64,000 bases of DNA from Trichoplax adhaerens (taxonomy: Eukaryota > Animalia > Placozoa): contig NW_002060946.1 of assembly GCF_000150275.1 (NCBI RefSeq), forward strand, positions 4,049,454 through 4,113,453. Direction: 5' to 3'. This document shows positions 53,460 through 64,000 of the stretch, one piece after another. The notes under the pieces were generated by a model. That model worked only from the letters and a program-made list of their open reading frames with translations, searched no databases and was not told where the DNA came from. Position 1 is the stretch's first letter. Each line of letters opens with the position of its first letter. The translations under genes and the position numbers were made by a program.

Positions 53460-55785
53460 GTATTCTTTATCGATGGAATCTAACGTTATTAATGCTGTTG
53501 TGGTTAAGGAATTAGAATTGTCTATTGCAATCTAGGTTAATATTCCAAATTGGCTCAAATATTGACATTAAAATTGGGAGAATTTCAACTTGACAATTGC
53601 TTGTCTCTACTCGCTAGTGTATACAGTATTAAAATACTAATTATCGAGATGTTTGTTTAGCCAAGAAGCAAAGAGTGAAATAATTTAGCATATAGAAAAA
53701 TGATTGACTCTGATTGCCGAAACTTGAAGTTTTGCCTTGAGATCAATATACCAGCTGACACTTGCGATGAATCTTGTTATCGTGTAAGGTAACACTGATT
53801 TATAGCTTTAATAGTAGACTAGTCTTGGACCTGTTGCAATTTTCCCCCCCTTTTCACAAAATCAATTCTATACCTACGCTTGAACATGGGCTTAAATAGA
53901 TGGCTAGCGATTATAGCAGTCTAATGTTAAACAAGGTTTCTATGCGATAGCAGAATGACGTATCCAACAAATACATTGCATTTAAACAAGGCAAGGAGGT
54001 ATAGGAAACAATAAATAGTACAAATGAAATATGACGTAATAGAGATTTATTATAATTAATTAAATAAAATGGCCAGTTAGAACAGTAATAAATAGCTAAA
54101 ACAACTAAACCATTATTGCATATTATTATAAACACTTGACGATAATTTGATCCGGTATAGAATGAATAGGGTTTGAAATTGACTTTGTTACATACTGCCT
54201 TCTTATCCAGTAAATAATGACGAGCATCGATTTTAGATTCGTAGAAGAGACGGAGTAGTGCTAGAGCTAGAGTTACTATAACCTTATCAATCAGAACATC
54301 TTACTTATTATTAGTTTTGGATCATGTATGGTCATGTCCGCCATTTTTGAATACGTGTAACTCATTTATACTCTGGATCTTCTGTCATAACTACAGTATT
54401 CCTTCTCTAGCTTAGCAGAACTTAATAAACAATATCTTATGCTGCCATGTTCTATCTAGTTAATCCTGGAGTTGTTTGCTTGTTTGTTATTTAATATGGC
54501 AAAGCTGGTTTACTAGTCTAGATGATGTAAAATAATGTACTAGCAGACAAGTGATTGATGTGATGAAATAGGATATTTGTATTATTTGCATTATACTAGG
54601 GATATCATTAAGCGCTTATATGCGCTTCGAGTACTATTGATAAAATAAATTATATTTATCGCACAAATACCAATGTAGACGTGGTAGAGGAGAGGCTATG
54701 ATAATTAGGATAAATATCCTTCAATATATCATTTGTAGGCAAGTTAGAATTAATATACATTTACATAAACCTAAAAATATCTTGTAATATATAATTTAAG
54801 GTAAGTTAACTATAGGCATAGATTGTAGAAGTAGCGCATAGATTATACTGCTTGGTAAATAATAATCAATATCATGAGCATACCAAAATAGCAAACACTC
54901 CAGGTGTTAATTAATCCATAATTACAAATTCCTATAGATATTCTGTAGTATATGCGTATATACTCTAGCATGTAGTAAACATTTATCTACATTATACCTA
55001 GGAGTATATTATACGTAATTTAATATTACTAAATATTCGTTACTATTATGCTAGTTATGTCGGAGGTCTCAAATCAAATCCTGAGAAATTATTCAATGTG
55101 TGATGTAAAGAATAGTTTGAGAGGGCAAATCGATTCAAGTTTAAATCATTTATCGTTTCTATCGTAAGTAAATTATGTGGTCGGTATTAATATATAGAGT
55201 CGTCATAGTACTGTACTATGTGCGAACTATGACTATCCATACATAAGCAGTATTATTAATAACAGTATTAATTTACCGTTTTCATGAATCGAGTGATAAT
55301 AAAATAAATAAGTAAAATTAACATAATTTCTATTCATATTGAAAGAAATGTTTACGTACATAGAAATTTAAGAGGTATAATGTATGTATAAAGGATATAT
55401 ACTATATGTTTAATGCTGAGTGCATTTTCCTATCCTCTACAATATTTTAGGGTTAATCACAGAGTTATTCTTTCGCCTATAGAACTATGTTAAACTCAGC
55501 TGCACCTGTGATATAAAATAAGCTGTTCTGGAGAATAATTTAATCTACTCAACAGCCAAACAAACATGCATTGAGAGCAATACACTCGTTTAAAGGAATG
55601 ATGGCAAATGAAATTAAGTCATTGCAGTTGCGTACTTGAAATTAATTTGGTAATTGTGTATATGTAGCAAATAGTAAGTAGTATAAGGAGATACAAATAA
55701 TATGTTGCAAGTAGTAAAAGGGCATATAAATAAGTTAGTAAGAAATTAGTAGTGTACTGCGCTAGAAATCATAGATACTGATTCT

Positions 55786-58700
55786 TTAAAGATCTATGTT
55801 TGTCACAGTGGTAGTTTCGAATGGCTTCTTGTCATGGCCTAAGGATATAGTGTTAGTTGATGATTTATCGCTCTTTGATTTTTTATTGGAAGCAAAACAC
55901 TTTTTGATCAGATACTGCACGATCTCACAAATGGTTAGAGCACTAGCACCTATGCATATTCCCAACTGGCCTCCCAATTCACCTATAAAATATCACAAAG
56001 AAATAGTTAATTTAATTTATTTACAATACCGGAATATTAATTAATCCAGTTATATCATTTAGCCATATCGTTAAAGGCCGAATAAATGATTCAAGACTAT
56101 GAATACAAACTTATAATTTTAGAAAATCCAGTATCTTCCTCTTGTAGCGTCTGAGTTAAATGCAAATCACTATAGTAGATATCTAAATAAACAATATTGT
56201 CCCTAAAAGCAATTTTTCAATTAAGAATGTTTTATGAATATTAATATTGGTTATTTAATAATTGCTTTAAACAATACATTTTAAAAATTAAACCTGATGA
56301 AATCAGCCGCGAAATAGGACTGATTTGGAGCAATCCAATTATTCGCTTTGGCGTTAGCAATAATTCCAGAAACATTAATCAATGGATCTAGAGAGCTGGC
56401 AAAAGCCAATGCTGCTAACGCTGATTGAGATATTTCAGTCGGATAACTATAAGTCTCACAAGCAATCGGGCAAATAGACAAATTCTGGCTAAGATCTTGT
56501 CTGAATTTACCTACGAGGAAAACAGAGTGATAAAAAAGTGAGTATTAAATCGCTAACACTATTTTAATGGTGTTAAAAACTAAATTTTTTTATACACATA
56601 CTTGCTAAAGGAGTGATACAGGTGAGAAATTGCGTACCATTACAAGGATTAGAAGCTATATATAGAAAAAATTTGAATTAAAAGAACTGGGCCATTAGCA
56701 TCTAGAAATATTTAATGATAGATTTTTTTAGTAAAGAAACTTGCACTGAAAGGGTAAGGTAAAATGATAGAATATAACCGTAGCATCATTATAAATTACA
56801 ATTCTACTTTGATAAATTAATAATCTACCTATCTGCGGTTCGAAAGTGCAGTTGCATATATACGATGCTAGTCTTCCCGCATATTCACTAAGGCAAGCAT
56901 CACGAGAATAAAAGGAGTTATAAACTAATATTTCCTCTCCACACTGTCCCCATGGCTTCTTTAATCTTTTATCCTGTTTATAATTTAGTATAATTACAAG
57001 CAAAACTTTAATTAATAGTCGCTAGTTGATATATAAATTATGAATTATTTATAGCAATCCTTCAAGAGGATCGCATAATCCCATAAGTATTCTAGCAAGT
57101 TGTACGTCAATTTAATCACTACATAAGACAGTGTATACTATATCTCAATCTATAGTGTAACTATCTGAAGATCATCGATTGAGCACTATTAAATGTTCAT
57201 ACTACCGTAATAGTCTATCTCTCTATGATAAATTAATTTGGTGATTGAAATCATGTAAACTAAATAAATTAGTACTACTGATCCAGGTAGATTAAATGAA
57301 CGATACATGAGATTAGGACAGAATAAAATTGAAATGTACTACCGTATTTCTTAATAGATATTTTCTAGCTAGTATTATTTTTAAACTAATTATAAGTAGC
57401 TTGAAAGGAATACGCTAGTAGTATAGTGCAATGAACTCTAAAATGCTTCGAGAAAGTATTTAATCTATAACTTTAGTCAATAGGAATCAATCTGCTAAAT
57501 TAATCTATAACTTTAATCAATAGGAATCAATATGCTTTAATTAAATATATATTGTCAATAAATAGGAATCAACGTTTTCTGGGCCTTATAAAATGATTTC
57601 ATTAAGTGATTATGTGCGAATAATATGATCGAAATTCGATGCGATATGATAGTCTAGTGAGTGTCTGTTTTTAACAGTGGTTTACTTACATGCTGGAGAG
57701 TTATGGGAACGTAGGTATGAAAACCAGTCGGGGCGTAGTAAGATTTAGAAATAAAATTAGGTGTTTGCTTGTAATAGTGGGTTGTAAATCTGATGCCAGC
57801 ATCGGGTTGTTCTAGAGCAAAAATTCCCGAGTAGTATTTATATTGTTCAACATTTAAAATGAGCCTTAAACCATTACTATTGCCGCTGACAGTTTCATTC
57901 TTCAGAGATAGATTACCGGTGCCTGAAAAATTTTAAATATCATTGAATGTCTGAGCACCCCAAATTTGCTTTATTTTTTACTGTATATGCCTTAAAATAT
58001 TGAAAAACCTTGATTTATCGTGTTCGTTAATGATAACATTGAAAAATGAATTGTCAAAGAAATCCATACTAGATTGAAATAAGTCTTATTTTAGAGTTGT
58101 ACTGCACTGCTCAGCATATCGTCTGTATCGTAGGATCTATTTGATCGATTTTTCATCTTAAACACATGTAGATACTGAAGTACATCTATTAGATGTGGAG
58201 TAAATCAACAGAAAGTATCAGACTGATAATCCATGATATATTCAAAATTATAATTACCGCCATCTCTAGTACTTTAGATGACGGATAGGCAGTCAACAAG
58301 ACCTCTCAGATGGACGATAAGAGTTCAAGTAACAGTAAAGATGAAACTTTAGATTACAAGCATATTTATAAGTATTACAGTTACGTTTTATAATGAAGTA
58401 ATCCATTTACGAGTGTGATATGCTATTCGTGTCCAAGATGTTGGTTGACTATGAAGTTTGCCACAAAATATAACGTATTTCTAGTAGCCATATTGCTAAC
58501 TATTGCGTATGGAATGAAAAACTGCTTTCGCTGCGCTATTGCAATAAGATACCTGCAATAACTCTACAAACGTATTGTAAAGATTAATATCCAAGGCAAT
58601 AAGACTAAGTGTAATATGATTCTACTCTTTATACAATTGAGCTGACGACAATAATAACTTTCCAGTTATATATATGTTATATGTTATATGTTAACCTATG

Positions 58701-59367
58701 TACGAATAACTAACTCTGTTCGATCGTCGAATAACAGCTAAAGCAATTATGAAATAAAACAAAGCCATCGGTCTAAATAGATTGATTTATTCCAAGTAGA
58801 GGTGTATCAATTTTAGTTTCACTTACCGGGATTGAATGTAAAACAGCTACCTCCATCAGTTATGATATTAACAAAATCGGTAGCATAACAAGGTTGTTCC
58901 ATCCATGTACAAGAAAGCAACATGTTTGATAATTTATGGCCAGCTACACGGGTAAGATTTTCAAATTGGAAATTACCTCCAAATTTCTTATCAAAGTAGT
59001 TTATAGCGGCATTTGTCTTGTTAGGATCGCCTGATCCATAGATTGCCTTGACTAAAGCAGATTGATGGTATAAATCAGCGGCAGGTAAAGCACTGCGATC
59101 ATAATCGTTAGTGTTACATAGCGTTACTGATGGAAAGATGGAAGTGTTCATTAACTGTTTACGAATGACCATTCGTGTCGGCAGTTTGCTAGCGTTATAA
59201 ATGATTATAATACATTGGCTGATGCAAGCTGCTGTAGCTAAGATGACCAAGATCATCCAAATAATCTTGGTCATTCGACCATTATTGCCGTCATAGATAT
59301 GCGCCCAGCCATGATACGATGTTGTAGTAGCAAATCTCTCCTCTTCGCTGATTTTTTCCTCATCCAT
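55786..59367 (-). CDS. DEG/ENaC sodium channel subunit, paralog B, 7 exons
   Basis: Same exon layout as paralog A; FATTTSYHGW, FPSVTLCNTN, CFTFNPG, GLRLILNVEQY, KPWGQC, SELGGQLGICIGASALTICEIV; ends NIDL*. Confidence 0.95.
57461..57536. repeat. 40 bp tandem duplication in an intron of paralog B
   Basis: taatctataacttta(g/a)tcaataggaatcaat(c/a)tgct occurs twice. Confidence 0.85.
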
Positions 59368-60293
59368 TCTTATTATGGATCTTACGTCGATGAAAGGCTA
59401 AGTTGCTCGTACCATAGACTCAGTATTATTATAGCCCACCTACGTTAATGTTAGCCAAGTTAATTGACGTATTGCTATCTTGATTACTATTCTAAATTGT
59501 TTCAAATATTGACATGAATTGGGGAACTTTTTTAACTTTACAATTGGGCGTCTAGATCTGTTCTAGTCAATCCACTACCAATCACGGATCAATTTATTCA
59601 GTCCACAATCAAGAAGAGTTAATTAAAACTTTTCTATGTGGATCGTAAATGGCTGATTGCACTTGTCTTGGGTCGAAATTGGTACACCAAGTTGGGGGTG
59701 TCGAGAAATAACGGTTCAAAATGAGTGCTGTTATCGTTTAATCTAGTCAACAAATTTTACTGGAATATAAGAGATGATTTACATAATCAGATTAGACATG
59801 GCAAAGGTCAATCGTCTTTTTCTCTCAAGGAAACAAATTGTGTCCGTTATAAGGGGCAAAGTAGTTACACCAGTGGAATGTCGTAGCTTGAATTAACCCT
59901 TTCCACCTCATGATCCTACATATCGGCTATATATACTTAAAAGAGGATCTATAGAAATGGATAAGGACTGGTCAAACTAACACTAGTTCCTTCTATTGGT
60001 TTCGTAAACAAAGCCAAATTATCGATCAGGTGCAGTCTAGAACTGTTGCTAAGACATCTTATACAGCACTACTGTAGGCATCCAGTAGAATTCATCTATA
60101 TGGTAATCGGCATCAAGAATAGAATAACATAATACATAGTATCATGTACTTTTACTGTCATCAATATGAATGGAATCAATGAATTTTAATGAGATTCTAC
60201 GAGCGATTTGATGCCCTTTAAACATATGTTGGAAAATGCTACTTTCATCTGTTGAATAAGCAGCTACAAGTTTAGGTGAATTTAATGGCAGGA

Positions 60294-60758
60294 AGGGAAA
60301 TTGGAGTCGAGTAGTGTCAAGGATTGGACTAGAAAGTGGAATCGATTTCACGAAGATGAATTTGAACGAGCTTACGGTATACTATATCAGCAGCATCAAT
60401 GCCAATGAACTGTGTCAGCGATTACTCAACTCCAATAACAAGTATACCTCGCTTCTTTTTATTATAAGCGAGAATGATAGTAAAGAAGTATTCAGGCTAA
60501 TTTAGTTAAAGACAGGAGGGAAATTGGAGTCGAGTAGTGTCAAGGATTGGACTAGAAAGTGGAATCGATTTCACGAAGATGAATTTGAACGAGCTTACGG
60601 TGTACTATATCAGCAGCATCAATGCCAATGAACTATGTCAGCGATTACTCAACTCCAATAACAAGTATACCTTGCTTCTTTTTATTATAAGCGAGAATGA
60701 TAGTAAAGAAGTATTCAGGCTAATTTAGTTAAAGACAGGAGGGAAATTGGAGTCGAGT
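60294..60758. repeat. Near-identical 223 bp tandem duplication plus a 19 bp third partial copy
   Basis: agggaaattggagtcgagt starts at 60294, 60517 and 60740; about 3 substitutions between the two full copies. Confidence 0.95.
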
Positions 60759-61011
60759 TATGCCAAGGACTGTGCTCAAAAATGGAAAAGAAATCCTTCT
60801 TCTCCTAGCTGGTCGCTAGTCGTGCTCAAGATCGATTTCAAGCGAGTAATATGAATTGGAGCAAGCTTAATACTAATTGTATGTGTCAAGCGAAATGCTA
60901 CGAGCCCTACCCTGTGCTCTTTTCGCCTTTCTGCAAGCCCAATTGGTGCATGCGCGATCGGTCGCTCTACTACTTCAATTGCCGGCCATCGAGGCGATGC
61001 TGCTAGCAGCT

Positions 61012-63443
61012 ATGGGATCATTTGAAAGTAAAAATCAAGCAGATGTCTACAGCCAGTCGATGAAATGTTTTACTGATGATGAATTAAATAAATTACAAGA
61101 TCTATTTAGTGAAATCACTAAAAATGAAGGCGATCACTTTGACAGAAAAGATTTAGAGGTAAGAGATATCGTGTAGAGAAGAAGCTATAATCTTATAGCA
61201 TTGTATAGGTGCAGTGTAGTAAAATTGGATAGCAGTCACTGATATAGCTAGCTACTGCCATCTGTATCAATGGGGATTGATTAGTAGCAGTAATGTTTAC
61301 TGTTTCCTAAGTATTATTTTGTGATAGAATAGATAGGTCTAAGCCGACTGATGACGATTTACACCCTGTTGGATAATGTAGTCCTTTGATCGCCTACTAT
61401 AGCTGCAGTAGTAAAACTTGCATGATTACTAATTGATTAGCCATGGCTACTCCGTATGGGCTACTGATGACATTGGCATTAGTGTGCAGTATAGCCGTCT
61501 ATAATCCAGCAATATAAAATGGATTTTATACACCTAACCCTAACCCTACTACAGCATAATATATTGACGTCTTAAGCTTATTCCGTTATCATGATTATTA
61601 ATGAATTATAATATTTTACTTGTTTAGCATACAGTACAGTGTACACGTAAGATGGATGAAAAGATCCACTTGTAGTAAGATTACGTCATAGCTTTACCTA
61701 AAGGATTTTCCGATTACTGTTGAATATTTATGTAGAATTTCTTATCGAAAACTTTCCCTACTCGGGTAATTCATGCTATATTCAATGAAATGAGCAGAAT
61801 ATCTATGTCGCCGCCTTCTCATCATGCGGAAAGTGATATGATTTCAATTAACTTTGAAGTATTTTGCCATTTTATATCGCGCTTATTGAAAAAAACCTTA
61901 ACGGAAAAGACACGAATCTATCTCACCATCACCGCTGGATTTCAAAGTAAAGCAGCTAAATGTACTCAATTGTTAAAATTTTGTGAACTGATTGTCACTG
62001 CTTACCTCCATACTGGCCTAAATGGTAGATGTAGTGATAGCCAGCAAATTTCTTCTTGGCTTTTAACCTTAGATCGTCAAGCGTTGCATCAATTTGCTCG
62101 CTTCTTATTAACCGATTTGCTCATTAGCTCCCCAAAACAAGAGAAGTCTTTACTCTCCGCTTTCAACAGTAGCACCACAATTGAAAGCGATAGCTCACAA
62201 TTTTCCATCGATGAGATAGAACAGTGGTTAGTTAAAACACCCTTGATAACACGTATTGCCGATGAATTATTTATGGCATGTTTTATGGATCAAACTTCTG
62301 TCCATCAAGAAGAAAAATCCCACATAGTTCAAGCGGATAAAACTGATTTGGATGATGATGATGATGATGAAAATGATGAGACTACTACAGATATACTTAT
62401 ACCTCTATGCATATTAGAAGATAATAAACCATCGCAGTTACTGACCTATTCCACAATTTTAATGTTAAATAATCACTTGGAACATCAACTACGACATGAA
62501 TGGAAATTACTCTTTTCCAGTTTACAACATGGTGAAAGTTTTACTACATTGTGCAGCAGAATTATTAACAAAGGTCCGACTTTGCTAATCATTCGTGATA
62601 TAAAGGGTCATATATTTGGAGGATTCGCTTCACAAAATTGGAATTATAAATCTCAATTCTTTGGTAAACTATTTTATCCATTTTGATAGATTGAACGGAA
62701 TGATACATTGTGGCAATTTTAAAATAATTATTAAATGAATAATATTAAATGAATAATTTCAGTTCTATCTAGCAAAGTAGTAGTATTACGCATGATAAGT
62801 TTCATTTTACCTTTGCTAATTACTTTATCGATCAATTTTTCACTTTTAGGCGATTCGAAATGTTTTTTGTTTACCGCAAATCCTAAAATGAGTGTATATA
62901 CAACTACTAGATACAATAAGAATTATCAGTATCTAAACTGTAACATGCAGACGTTACCTAATGGCCTAGTAAGTGGAACACATGATCCATAATTCGCCAA
63001 TATGTTTAAAATACCGACAATAAAATAATATCTTGTTTGCTTAATCTATTGCCTAAAGGGTATGGGCGGTCAATTTGATTATTTTGGATTATGGATTGAT
63101 GCGGAATACGGTAAAGGCCATAGTATGGCTGGACCAAAGTGTACAACCTACGGAAGTCCACAATTGTCCGGGAATAAAACTTTTGAGATTGATTGTCTGG
63201 AAGTATGGAGTATCGGAAAAAAGAAGAAGGACGATGATAATGATGTATATTGTTATAAAATAGTTGTAACCAGAATAGTGATGTAATAGTAGTATATTTA
63301 TCCATTAATCCTCCTATTGCTTATAATTATTGTAGGAGAATAAAAGAAGTATACTCGATCAAGATCCTAGTGCTAAAGCCCTACTGGAGTTGATGGGTAA
63401 GAAGCAACATAGTGAAGGGCTTAGGGAACCTGAAAATAACTAA
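61012..63443 (+). CDS. MEAK7: TLDc-domain protein MEAK7 (TLDC1/KIAA1609), 5 exons
   Basis: Myristoylation-type start MGSFESK, WKLLFSSLQHGESF, GPTLLIIRD..GHIFGGFASQNW, GDSKCFLF, NYQYLN..MQTLPNGLGMGGQFDYFGLWID, KCTTYGSPQLS, C-terminus RSILDQDPSAKALLELMGKKQHSEGLREPENN*. Confidence 0.93.
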
Positions 63444-64000
63444 ATTTTCATTGAAGATCCCTAACGGAGATAGTTTCAATAACAAAATAATTAGAATATT
63501 ATTAAATAATGGTGATAGTCTTACAATATACGCGTAAAATTGTGCAATTTTAGAAGTAGAACGTCATTTTACTGCTAATAGTAATTGGGCTGTTATCTGA
63601 TGCATTGCTCTGTATGATTAGCCATCACAAATAAGTTCTGCTTTGGCTGTTACAATATTATTGCCCATAGTCACCGATATAGGGGTATAATGAGGCTATC
63701 CTAAAAGTTGATAACGAATCAATATTAATGTATATAAAATTCATATTGTTACAATAATAATATTAACAACATGAAAGCTAAGCCAGTAAAGGAGATATTA
63801 CCTGTTGCACAATATCATAATTTAAGAATCTGATATACAAAGATTGACGTTAAAAAATGAACGTATTTGTATTTTTTATTTATTGCTGATAAATTGAGCT
63901 TTTCAGTGATATTCCTAAACTTCACTTTGTAACATACCAAGAAGTTTTCAATGCATTTCTATCCTGAACTCACTTGATTTGGATATAATCGTAACACTTA

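Noticed and set aside
60314-60728. Twin 63-aa ORFs
   Set aside because: They have GTG starts, arise from the 223 bp duplication, and show no recognisable domain.
61533-61548. CCTAACCCTAACCCTA as a telomerase template or telomere
   Set aside because: It is only ~2.5 repeats inside a MEAK7 intron, with no pseudoknot or H/ACA context; best read as a short interstitial telomeric repeat.

Overview
AT-rich, intron-dense eukaryotic (animal) genomic DNA; composition, short GT-AG introns and gene content suggest a placozoan such as Trichoplax (inference only). Protein-coding genes, assembled by hand from splice sites: 3' part of VPS18 (+); SSR1/TRAP-alpha (+); a type II membrane dipeptidase (peptidase M19) with two complete catalytic domains in one chain (-); a divergent secreted single-domain M19 dipeptidase (+); CFAP20 (+); ADCK5 (-); RCCD1 (+); two tandem DEG/ENaC channel paralogs (-); MEAK7/TLDC1 (+). 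The most notable non-coding feature is a ~0.8 kb GC-rich, highly structured minus-strand element (about 34425-35235) head-to-head with CFAP20. It has the ordered hallmarks of an animal telomerase RNA: UAACCCUA template, P2b/P3 pseudoknot, CR4/5-like junction, H box, CAB-like loop and ACA. SSR1 introns host a cluster of snoRNAs, including a SNORA21/snR10-like H/ACA guide and a C/D guide for the LSU CCAAAUGCC motif. Several minisatellites and tandem duplications are present, two of which duplicate 3' splice sites. Exon coordinates and RNA folds were read by eye and may be off by a few bases.
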